Positions 50,101 through 62,100 of a DNA stretch of 64,000 nt are shown here, piece by piece (positions within the stretch are counted from its first letter, which is position 1; each line of letters begins with the position of its first letter). Origin of the DNA: Chthoniobacteraceae bacterium (lineage in GTDB: Bacteria; Verrucomicrobiota; Verrucomicrobiia; Chthoniobacterales; Chthoniobacteraceae). Under the pieces are notes generated by a model, which was not told the origin of the DNA, did no database searches, and saw nothing but the letters and a program-made list of their open reading frames with translations. Location: the NCBI GenBank assembly GCA_031409335.1, contig JANNWY010000278.1, positions 30,220 to 94,219 of the forward strand, written 5' to 3'. A program made the translations under genes and the position numbers.

Positions 50101-53100
50101 CGTCGCGCTCGCCGCCGCGTTCCACGTCGTCCCACCGTCGGTGGAAACTTCGAGCCCTGGCCCGTAGTCCGCCCCAGTCGCCGAGCCATCGGCCAGCGCC
50201 AGGCTCACGCTCACCGGCGTCGTGCTCGGATTGCTCAGGCTCACCGTGAACACCGCAAACGGATCGGTGCCTTCCGTGATCGTCGGGCTGCTCACGCTCA
50301 GGCCCGGCGTGTCATTGTCCGCGCCGCCCGCGCCCGTGCCATCGTCGAGAATCGTCGCGCTGCCCGTCGCATCCGCGATCGTCGCATTCACCGCCCCGCT
50401 CAGCGTCACCGTGAAATTTTCACTCTGCTCAAAGATCGCATCGTCGAGGATCGGCACCGTGATCGTCTGGCTCGTCACTCCCGTCGCAAACGTCAGCACG
50501 CCGCCGCCCGCCGTGTAGTCCGCGCCGGTCACCGCCGTGCCATCACTCATCGCGTAATTCACCGTCACGATCTGCCCGCTCGCCGCGTTCAGCGTCACCG
50601 TGAAAGTCGCCGTCCCCGTCGCTTCGTTCACGCTCAGATCGTCGATCGTCAGCGATGGCGGCGTATCGTCATCGCTGATCGTCGCCGTGCCCAGCGCGCT
50701 CGCATTCGTCGTCGTGCCCGCCGTGCGCGTCGCGGTCAGCGTGAAAGTTTCCGCCGCCTCATCCAGCGCATCATCCGTGATCGGCGTGCGCACCAGCACG
50801 CTCGTCGCCCCCGCCGCGATCGTCGCGCTGCTCCCCGCGTTCCACGTCGCGCCGCCATCCGTCGAAATTTCCAATCCCGCGCCGTAGTCCGCGCCCGTCG
50901 CCGCTCCATCTGCCAGCGCCAATCCCACGCTCACCGCCGTCGTCGAGGCGTTGCTCAGACTCACCGTGAAAATCGCAAAGCCGTCCGTGCCTTCGGTCAC
51001 CACCGGACTGCTCACGCTCACGCTCGGCGTGTCATTGTCCGCCCCGCCGCTACCCGTGCCGTCATCGAGGATCGTCCCCGCGCCCGTCGCGTCCGCGATC
51101 GTCGCATTCACCGCCCCGCTCAGCCCCACGCCGAAGCTCTCGCTCTGCTCGAACATCGCATCGTTCAGGATCGGCACCGTGATCGTCTGCGCCACCACCC
51201 CCGCCGCGAAATTCAGCGTCCCGCTCGTGCTCGTGAAATCCAAACCGCCCGTCGCCGACCCGCCCGCCGTCGCGTAATTCACGCTCACCGCCTGCCCGCT
51301 CACCGCGCTCAGCGTCACCGTGAACGTCATCGTCCCCGCGCCTTCGTTGCGCGTCACATCGTCGATCACAAAACTCGGCGTCGGATCGTTGTCATTGATC
51401 GTCGCCGTGCCCGCCGCCACCGCGTTCGTCGTCGTCCCCGCCGAGCGCGTCGCCGTCAGCGTGAACGTCTCCGCCGCCTCATCCAGCGCGTCGTCCGTGA
51501 CCGGCGTGCGCACCAGCACGCTCGTCGCCCCCGCCGCGATCGTCGCGCTGCTCCCGGCAGTCCACGTCGCGCCGCCATCGGTCGAGACTTCCAGCGCAGG
51601 ACCGTAATCCGCGACCACCGCCGTGCCATTCGCCAGCGCCAAATTGAAGCTCACCGCCGTCGTCGAGGCATTCGACAAACTCACCGTGAACACCGCGTGA
51701 GGATCGCTCCCCTCCGTCACCGCCGGACTGCTCACGCTCAAAGTCGGCGTGTCATTATCCACGCCGCCCGCGCCCGCGCCGTTGTCGCGAATCGTCCCCA
51801 CGCCCGTGTCATCGAACGCCGTCGCATTCACCGCGCCTGTCAGCACCACGGTGAACGCCTCGCTGTTCTCGTAAAGCGCGTCGTTCAGAATCGGCACCGT
51901 GATCGTCTGCGAAGTCACGCCAGGGATAAAAGTCAGCGTCCCGCTCGTCGCGGTGAAATCGACCCCGCTCGTCGCCGTGCCACTCGCCGTCGCGAAATCG
52001 ACCGTGACATTCTGCGAACTCGGCGTCGCCAGCGTCACCGTGAACGTCGCCGTCCCCGCGCCCTCATTCACGATCACATCATTGATCGCGATATCCGGCG
52101 GCCCTTCGTCATCGAGGATCTGACCGATCCCGGTCGCCACCGCATTCGTCGTGCTGCCACCCGTCACCGTTGCGGTGAGCGTGAAAGTTTCCGTCGGTTC
52201 CGACACGCCATCATCCCCGAGCGGCGTGCGCACCAGCACACTGCTCGTGCCCGCCGCGATCGTCGCGCTGGTCCCCACATTCCAGGTCGCGCCACCATCC
52301 GTCGAGACCTCCAGCCCCACGCCGTAATCCGCCCCGCCGCCCGTCGCCGTCACATCGGCCAGTGCCAGATTCATCGTCACCGCCGTCGTCGAAAGATTCG
52401 ACAAGCTGACCGTGAAAACCGCGAAAGCATCCGTGCCTTCGAGCCCGGTCACGTTCGAGACGTTGACCGTCGGCGTGTCGTTGTCCGTGCCGCCCAAGCC
52501 CGTGCCATCGTCGCGAATCGTGCCGACGCCGGTGCCGTCCGCGATCGTCGCATTCACCGCGCCGCTCAGCACCACGGTGAACGCCTCGCTGTTCTCGAAC
52601 AGCACATCGTTCAGGATTGAAAGCGTCACCGTCTGACTCGTCACGCCCGCCGCGAAATTCAGCACGCCGCTGCCGCTCAGGTAATCCGAACCCGCGAGCG
52701 CCGTCCCATTCGCCGTGGCATACGCGACACTCGCCGGCAGTCCGCTCACCGCGCTCAGACTCACCGTGAAAGTGATCGTCCCCGCGCCTTCATTCACGAT
52801 CACATCGTCGATCGAAATCGTCGCCGGCGCATCGTCATCGCTGATCGTCGCCGTGCCCGCCGCGCTCGCATTCGTCGTCGTCCCCGCCGTGCGTGTCGCG
52901 GTCAGCGTGAAAGTCTCCGCCGGTTCGTCCGTCGCGTCATTCACGATCGGCGTCCGCACCAGCACGCTCGTCGCGCCTGCCGCGATCGTCGCGCTGCTTC
53001 CCGCGTTCCAAGTCGCGCCACCGTCCGTCGAAACCTCCAGCCCCGGCCCGTAATCCGCACCCGTCGCCGTGCCATTCGCCAGCGCCAGACTCACGCTCAC

Positions 53101-56100
53101 CGCCGTCGTGCTCGCATTGCTCAGGCTCACCGCGAACACCGCGAAGCCATCCGTCCCCTCCGTCACCGTCACGTTCGCCGCATTCAAAGTCGGCGTGTCG
53201 TTGTCCGTCCCGCCCGCGCCGGTGCCATCGTCGAGGATCGTGCCGACGCCCGTCGCATCCGCGATCGTCGCATTCACCGCGCCGCTCAACCCCACGCTGA
53301 TGGCTTCGCTCAACTCGTAAATCGTGTCGTTCGTGATCGCCACCGTCACCGTCTGGCTCACCACACCCGCCGCGAAATTCAGCACGCCGCTCGCCGTCGT
53401 GAAATCCGCGCCGCCGCTCGCCGAGCCATTCGCCGTCGCGTAATTCACGCTCGCCGGCTGCCCGCTCGCCGCGTTCAGCGTCACCGTGAAAGTGATCGTC
53501 CCCGCGCCTTCGTTCACCGTCACATCGTCGATCGAGAACGACGGCGTGACGTCGTCATCATTGATCGTCGCCGTCCCCAGCGTGCTCGCATTCGTCGTGA
53601 TGCCCGCCGTCCGCGTCGCCGTCAGCGTGAAAGTTTCTGCCGCCTCATCCAGCGCATCGTTCACGATCGGCGTGCGCACCAGCACGCTCGTCGCCCCCGC
53701 CGCAAAAGTCGCATTGCTCCCACTCGTCCAACTCGTCCCACCATCCGTCGAGACCTCGATCCCCGGCCCGTAATCCGCGCCCGTCGCAGAGCCATTCGCC
53801 AGCGCGAGGCTCACGCTCACTGGCGTGGTCGAAGGGTTCGATAGATTCACCGCGAACACCGCGAACGCATCCGTCCCCTCCGTCGCCGTCACATTCGTCA
53901 CGCTGATCGCCGGCGTGTCGTTATCCGTCCCGCCCGCGCCCGTCCCATCGTCGAGGATCGTGCCCTCGGCAGTGCCATCGACGATGCCCGCATTCACCGC
54001 GCCGCTGAGGATCACATCGAAACTTTCGCTCTGCTCAAAAATCGCGTCGTTCAGGATCGGCACCACGATCGTCTGATTCACCACGCCCGCCGCGATATTC
54101 AGCGTCCCGCTCACGCCCGTGAAATCCGCGCCCGAGGTCGCCGTGAAGCTGCCGGTCGTATAGTTCACGCTCACCGCCTGCCCGCTCGCGGTGTTCAGCG
54201 CCACGTTGAAAGTGATCGTCCCCGCCGCTTCGTTCTCCGTCGCGTCGAAGATCACCAGCAGCGGCGCCGGATCGTTGTCATTGATCGTCGCCGTCCCGAT
54301 CGCGCTCGCATTCGTCGTCGTCCCCGCCGTGCGCGTTGCGGTCAGCGTGAACGTTTCCGCTGCCTCATTCAGCGCGTCGTTCACGAGCGGCGTGCGCACC
54401 AGCACGCTCGTGCTGCCGGCGGCGATCGTCGCATTGGTCCCACTCGTCCAATTCGTCCCACCATCCGTCGAGATCTCCAGCCCCGGTCCAAAGTCCGCGC
54501 CCGTCGCCGTCCCGTTGGCGAGCGCGAGGCTCACCGTCACCGCGGTGGTCGAAGCATTCGACAGGCTCACCGCGAAAACCGCGTGCGTGTCCGTGCCCTC
54601 GGTCACGGTGACATCGTTGACCGAAAGCACGGGCGAGTCGTTGTCCGTGCCGCCGCTGCCGTTGCCGTCATCGCGAATCGTGCCGATGCCGGTGTTGTCG
54701 GCGATCGTGGCATTCACCACGCCGCTCAGCACCACGGTGAAACTTTCGCTGTTCTCGAAAAGCGGGTCGTCAAGGATCGGGACGGTGGTCGTCTGCGTCG
54801 TCACACCGGGCGCGAAATTCAGCGTGCCCGTGCTGGTCGTGAAGTCCGCGCCCGCCGTCGCGGTGCCGCTGGCCGTCGCAAAATTCACACTCACCGCCTG
54901 GCCGCTCGGCGCACTCAGCGTCACCGTGAAAGTCATCGTGCCCGCGCCTTCATTGCGCGTCACGTCGTCGATCGTGAACGCGGGCAGCGCGTCGTTATCG
55001 TTGATCGTCGCCGTCCCGGCGGCGCTCGTATTCGTGGTCGTCCCGGCGGTGCGCGTCGCCGTCAGCGTGAATGTCTCGGCGGGTTCATTCAGCGCGTCGT
55101 TCACGATCGGCGTGCGCACGAGCACGCTGGTCGCGCCGGCCGCGATCGTCGCCGTCCCCGCGGCGCTCCACGAGCCGCCGCCATCCGTCGAGACTTCGAG
55201 GCCGGGACCGTAATCCGCGCCGGTCGCCGAGCCATTCGCCAAAGCCAGGCTCACGCCCACCGCAGTCGTGCTCGCATTGCTCAAACTCACGCTGAACACC
55301 GCGAACCCATCCGTCCCCTCCGTCACCGTCACATTCGACACATTCAAAGTCGGCGTGTCGTTGTCGGTGCCTCCGCTGCCCGTGCCGTCATCGCGGATCG
55401 TCCCCACACCCGTCGCATCCGCGATCGTCGCATTGGTCGCCCCGCTCAAATTCACGTTGAACGTTTCACCATTCTCAAACACCGCATCGTTCAGGATCGG
55501 CACGACGATCGTCTGACTCGTCACGCCCGCCGCAAAATTCAGCGTCCCGCTCGTGCTCGTGAAATCCGCCCCGCTCGTCGCCGTGCCGTTGCTCGTATTG
55601 AAAGCGACGCTGACCGCCAGCCCGCTCGGCGCCGAGAGGCTCACGGTAAATGTCGCCGTGCCCGCAGCCTCGTTCACTGTCACATCATTGATCGAGAGGG
55701 ACGGTTGCGGGTCGTTATCCGTGATCGTCGCCGTGCCCGCCGCGCTCGCATTCGTCGTCGTCCCCGCGGTGCGCGTCGCCGTGAGCGTGAAAGTCTCCGC
55801 GTTTTCATCGAGCACATCGTTCGCGATCGGCGTGCGCACCAGCACGCTCGTGCTGCCAGCGGCGATGGTCGCGCTCGCCGCGTCGGCCCAGCTTCCGCCG
55901 CCGTCGGTGGACACCTGCAGATTCCCCACGCCGCCGGTGCCGTAGTCCGTGCCGCCGCCGGTCGCGGTCACGTTGGCGAGGACGAGATTGAAAGTCACCG
56001 CCGTCGTCGAGGCGTTCGACAGGCTCACCGTGAAAGTCGCAAAGCCGTCCGTGCCTTCGGTGACATTCGGACTGCTCACGCTGAGGGTCGGCGTGTCGTT

Positions 56101-59100
56101 GTCGGTGCCGCCCGTGCCGGTGCCGTCGTCGCGGATCGTGCCCACGCCTTGCGTGTCGCTGATCGTCGCATTCGTCGCGGCGCTCAGGTTCACGTTGAAG
56201 GTTTCGCTGTTCTCGAAAGTCGCGTCGTTCGTGATCGAGACGACCACCGTCTGACTCACGACTCCCGCAGCAAAATTCAGCGTGCCGCTCGTGCTCGTGT
56301 AATCGCTGCCTGCGACCGCCGTGCCGTTGCTGGTCGCGTAGGCCACGCTCGTCGCCAAGCCGCTCGCGGCGCTCAAGGTCACCGTAAAGGTCGCCGTGCC
56401 CGCCGCCTCGTTCACGGTCAGGTCGTTGATCGTGAAGGACGGCGTCGCATCGTTATCCGTGATCGTCGCGGTGCCGAGGGCGCTCGCGTTCGTGGTCGTG
56501 CCGGCGGTGCGCGTCGCGGTCAGGGTGAAGGTCTCGGCGTTCTCATCGAGCGTGTCGTTCACGATCGGCGTGCGCACCAACACGCTGGTGCTGCCCGCGG
56601 CGATGGTCGCGCTGGCCGCGGGATTCCATGACGCGCCGCCATCGGTCGAGACTTCGAGCGCGGGGCCGTAATCGGCGGCGGTCGCGGTGCCATTGGCCAG
56701 CGTGAGATTGACGGAAATGGACTGCGTGGACGCGTTCGACAGGCTCACCGTGAAGACGGCGAAGCTGTCGGTGCCCTCGGTCACGGCGGGGCTGCTCACG
56801 CTGAGCGTCGGCGTGTCGTTGTCGGTGCCGCCCGTGCCGGTGCCGTCGTCGCGGATCGTGCCCACGCCTTGGTTGTCGGCGATGCTGGCGTTCGTCGCGC
56901 CGCTCAGGTCCACGTTGAAAGTTTCGCTGTTCTCGAAAGTCGTGTCGTTCGTGATCGAGACGACCACGGTCTGGCTGGTCACGCCCGCGGCGAAGTTCAG
57001 TGTGCCGCTCGTGGTGGTGTAGTCGGCACCCGCGGTGGCGGTGCCGTTGCTCGTCGCGTAGGCGACGCTCGTCGCCAGGCCGCTCGCCGCGCTCAGCGTC
57101 ACCGTGAAAGTCGCGGTGCCGGTGGCTTCGTTCACGGTCAGATCGTTGATCGTGAAGCTCGGCGTCGGGTCGTTGTCGGTGATCGTCGCGGTGCCATTCG
57201 CGCTCGCGTTCGTCGTCGTGCCGGCGGTGCGCGTGGCCGTGAGCGTGAAGGTCTCGGCGTTCTCGTCCAGCGTGTCGTTCACGATCGGGGTGCGCACCAG
57301 CACGCTCGTGCTGCCGGCGGCGATGGTCGCGCTCGCGGCGTCGGCCCAGCTTCCGCCGCCATCGGTGGAGACTTGCAGATTGCCCGCGCCCGCGGTGCCG
57401 TAGTCCACCGCGCCGCCGGTCGCGGTCACATTCGCCAGCGCGAGATTAAAAGTCACTGCGGTCGTCGAGGCAATCGACAGGCTCACCGTGAAAGTCGCAA
57501 AGCCATCCGTGCCTTCGGTCACACTCGGGCTGCTCACCGCGAGCGTCGGCGTGTCGTTGTCGGTGCCACCAGTCCCGGTGCCGTCATCGCGGATCGTCCC
57601 CACGCCTTGCGTGTCGCTGATCGTCGCATTCGTCGCGGCGCTCAGTGTCACGTTGAAGTTTTCGCTGTTCTCGAAAGTCGCGTCGTTCGTGATCGAGACG
57701 ACCACCGTCTGACTCACGACTCCCGCGGCAAAATTCAGCGTGCCGCTCGTGCTCGTGAAGTCCGTGCCGCTCGTCGCGGTGCCGCTGCTCGTCGCGTAGG
57801 CCACGCTCGTCGCCAGCCCGCTCGCCGCGCTCAGCGTCACCGTGAAGGTCGCCGTGCCCGTGGCCTCGTTCACGGTCAGATCGTTGATCGAGAAGCTCGG
57901 CGTCGCATCGTTGTCCGTGATCGTCGTCGTGCCCACCGCGCTCGCATTCGTGGCCGTGCCCGCGGTGCGCGTCGCGGTCAGCGTGAAAGTCTCGGCATTT
58001 TCGTCGAGCAGGTCGTTCACGATCGGCGTGCGCACCAGCACGCTGGTGCTGCCGGCGGCGATGGTCGCGCTCGCGGCGTCGGCCCAGCTTCCGCCGCCAT
58101 CCGTGGAGACTTGGACATTTCCTGCGCCGCCGGTGCCGTAGTCCACTGCACCGCCGAGGGCGCTCACATTGGCGAGGGCCAGACTGAAGCTCACCGCCGT
58201 CGTCGAGGCATTCGACAGGCTGACCGTGAAGACCGCGAAGCTGTCGGTGCCTTCGGTCACGGCGGGGCTGCTCACCGCGAGCGTCGGCGTGTCGTTGTCG
58301 GTGCCGCCGGTGCCGGTGCCGTCGTCGCGGATCGTTCCCACGCCTTGCGTGTCGCTGATCGTCGCATTCGTCGCGGCGCTCAGGTTCACGTTGAAGGTCT
58401 CGCTGTTCTCGAAGGTCGTGTCGTTCGTGATCGGCACGGAGATCGTCTGCGTCACGACGCCCGCGGCGAAATTCAGCGTGCCGCTCGCGCTCGTGAAATC
58501 GCTCCCCGCCACCGCGGTGCCACTCGCGGTCGCGTAGTTCACACTCACGGCCTGCCCGCTCGCCACGTTCAGCGTCACGGTGAAAGTCGCGGTGCCAGTG
58601 GCTTCGTTCACCGTCACATCGTTGATGGAAAGCGACGGCGCGGGATCGTTGTCGGTGATCGTCGCCGTGCCAGCGTCGGAAGCATTCGCCGTGAGGCCCG
58701 TGGTGCGCGTGGCGGTGAGGGTGAAAGTTTCTGCCGCTTCATCGAGCAAGTCGTTCGTGATCGGCGTGCGCACCAGCACGCTGGTCGAGCCCGCGGCGAT
58801 CGTCGCAGTCGTCGCGGCATTCCAGATCGTGCCGCCATCGGTCGAGACTTCGAGCCCCGGCCCGTAATCCGCGCCGACCGCCGTGCCATTCGCCAGCGCG
58901 AGATTCACACTCACGGCAGAGAGCAGCCGATTCGACAAACTCACGGTGAAGACCGCGAAGTTATCCGTGCCCTCCGTCACCGTCGGGCTCGACACGCTGA
59001 TCGTCGCCGGCTGCTCGTAGCCGAAGTCGCGGTTCGTGATCGCCTGCCCGATCAGCGTCACACTCGCCGCCTGCGTCGAGCCGCCCGTGGTCGATGCCGC

Positions 59101-62100
59101 GCCCAGCATGATGCTCGTCGGATCGCTCACCTGGATGACATACGCGCCGGGCAGCAGGCGCGTGAAAGTATAGACGCCATCCGCGCCGGTGAGCGTCGTC
59201 GCCAGCAGCCGCTCGCCGCCGTCGATTGCACCGTTGCCATTCACGTCGTCGTAAAGCCGCACGGTGAGCCCGACCACGCCCGTCTCGCCGCCATCCTGCA
59301 CGCCGTCGGTGTCCGCGTCATACCACACGCGGTCGCCGATCGAGCCTTCCGCCGGGATGAATGCGCCCGCGTCCGCCGCATTGCCAAACGCGGTGGTGCC
59401 ATCGGTCGTGAGCGTGATCGCCGCGCCGAGCGAACCCGCGCCAGTCGGGTTGTAGCGCTGGATCACGTTGCTCACGTTGTAGAAATTGTTCAGCCGGTCG
59501 CGCGCCGCCTGCGAGATCCCGGCGAGCGTGTCGCGTCCGATGTAAGTCGCGAGCGTCGGCGCGGTCTGGAGCTGATACTCATCCACGCTCACCGGCGCGC
59601 CCGCATTGAACATGTAGAGCCGGCCGCTCGCGGTATCGACGAGGATGTCGCCGAAGTCCGTCGCTCCCGTGAAATTATCGTGCGCCACTTTCACGATCGC
59701 CGAGATGGTGCGGCCCGCGCTGCCCGCGGTGAAATCCACGCGATAGACCTGGTCGCGTCCGCCGCTGCCGCCGCCTTCGGTCGAGAAGAAATACGAGCCG
59801 CCGCTGAAGTCGCCGCCCGCGCCACCGAGTCCCGAGCTGCCGAGCGTCACGCCCGCAAAGCCCGTCACGCTATTCGTGAGGATGAAGTGCGTGCCGGCCC
59901 GCGCGTCGTAGCCGTAGAGGTCGTTGTTGGTGCCCGCGGTCTGGTTCGACGTGTAGTAAAAGATGCCGTTGACCGCGTCGAAGCCGAGCGAGTTGATCGC
60001 CGTGGCATTGGTGACGTACGGGCTCGTGGTGAGCAGCGTCACCTTGCCCGTGTCGAAGCTCGCGGAGTAGAGCCGGTTTCCCTGCACCACGGCGAAGGTG
60101 CCAATGCCGTTGTCGATCGGCGCGCCGTTGTTGTCGTTGATGGATGCGGTGCTCACCGCGCTCGCATTCGCCGTCGAGCCCGCGGTGCGCGTCGCGGTCA
60201 GGGTGAAAGTCTCCGCGCTTTCCGAGAGCGCGTCGGTGACGATCGGCGTGCGCACGAGGATGGTCCACGTGCCCGCGCTGATCGTCGCGCTGGTCGCGTC
60301 GTTCCACGTCAGGCCGTCGTCGAGCGACACCTGGAGATTGCCCGCGCCCGCCGTGCCGTAGTCGATGCCGCCGCCAGTCGCGGTGCCGTTGGCCAGCGTG
60401 AGATTCACCGTCACCGGCCCGGTCGAAGGCGTCGAGACCGCCACCGTGAAGACCGCAAATCCGTCGAGACTCTCGGTCGCGACCGGCCCGCTCACCGTCA
60501 GCACCGGCAGCGACGCGACGGCATTGAGCGAAAACTCGGACGTGTTCCCGCCCGGATCAGTCGCCGTCGCGGTGATGAATTCACCCACCGCGACTGCGGC
60601 GACCAGCGTGGTCTCAAACGCGACGTCGCCACCCGCGTCGGTCGTCACATCCACAAAACCAAGGTAACGCTGCGCCTCGCCGTTGCCGCTCGGGTCGGCG
60701 CTCGTGCTGGCGAAAAACTCGATGCGATACGTCGTGCTCGCGGCGCTGTTGAGCGCGCCGGTGATCTTCACCTGGGTCGTATTCGTGAAGATAGACGAGA
60801 GCGTCGGGAAATTTTGCAGCCCGTTGCCACCGGCATCGGCGTCGCCCGTATCGTTCGCCGTCACGCCATCGGTCGCGGTGGTGCTCGCGCTCAGGTCGAT
60901 GCCGAGGCCGCCGTTCGAGAAGATCGCATTGCCACGAATGCTGATCCCGCTGGAACCGGAATACACCACGACGCCCGAGCCGGTGTTCGACGCGATCGTG
61001 TTTCCCTCGCCCGCCACGATGCCGCCGATGCGGTTGTTTGCCGGCGTGTTGCTGATGAGCACGCCGTGGCCGGTGTTGCTCGTGATCGAATTGCCGAGCA
61101 CGTCGTTGTTGTCCGCGCCGCCGCCGGCGATCACCACGCCGTTCGCGTCGTTGCCAAAGATGAAATTGCCCGCACCCACGCCCGTGCCGCCGATGACGTT
61201 CGAGCCGGCATTCACGATCGACACACCCGCGCCCGCGTTGCCGCGATCGAGCGTTCCGCCCGCATCGGTGCCGATGAGATTGCCGAGCATCGTCGTGCCG
61301 GAGGCGCCACCAGTGATGAGGATGCCGTTGGCGGTGTTGCCCGAGATCACATTGCCCGCGCCGCCCGCAGTGCCGCCGATCGCGGTGAGGGTGGAGCCGC
61401 CATTGATGAGAATGCCCGAGCCCGTGTTGGCGAGCGCCGTGGTGCCCGCGGCGTTGAGGCCGATGGTGTTTCCCTGGATCGTGTTGCTCGCGGCGCCGCT
61501 GACGAGGACACCGGCGCCCGCGTTGCCCGAGATGACATTGCGGTCGCCCGCCGCAGTGCCGCCGATGATCGTGCCGGTCGCGCCGCCCTGCACCTTCACG
61601 CCGTCGGCACCGTTGCCGAGCGCGGTGGTGCCCGCGGCGTTGGTGCCGATGAGGTTGGCCTTGATCTGGTTGCCTGTCGCTCCCGCGCCATCGACCACGA
61701 TGCCGAAAAAAGTGCTGCCCGAGATCAGGTTCCCCGCGCCGGACTGGCCGATGAGGTTGTTCGCGGAGTTGTCGATCCAGACGCCGTCGAGATTGGCCCG
61801 CGCGGCGGTGCCGGCGGCGTTGGTGCCGATGTAGTTGTTCAGCACGCTGCTCCCGGAGGTCGTGCTGCCGAGCGAGACGCCGAAGCCCGCGTTGCCGGAG
61901 ATGACATTGCGCGAAACGCTGGTCGCGCCGCCGATGGTCACGCTCCCGGCATTGCTGACGACTGAGACTCCGTTGCTACTGTTTGCCACGATCGTCGTGC
62001 CGTCGGCCGCCAGGCCGATGATATTGCCCGCGACCACCGTCCCCGTGGTGCCGCTATCGGTGACATAGACCCCGTAGGTGTTGCCCGAGATGACGTTCGT

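Noticed and set aside
38800..59000. Regular ~720-bp periodicity as a possible CRISPR or non-coding array
   Set aside because: The units are in-frame protein domains with synonymous variation. There are no short identical repeats with unique spacers and no cas genes.
38362..61965. Very long plus-strand ORFs (2743, 1750 and 1698 aa) and many ~95-aa ORFs
   Set aside because: Antisense shadows of the repetitive, GC-rich giant gene. They are Arg/His-rich or Val/Ser/Pro-rich, lack domain motifs and recur with the array period.
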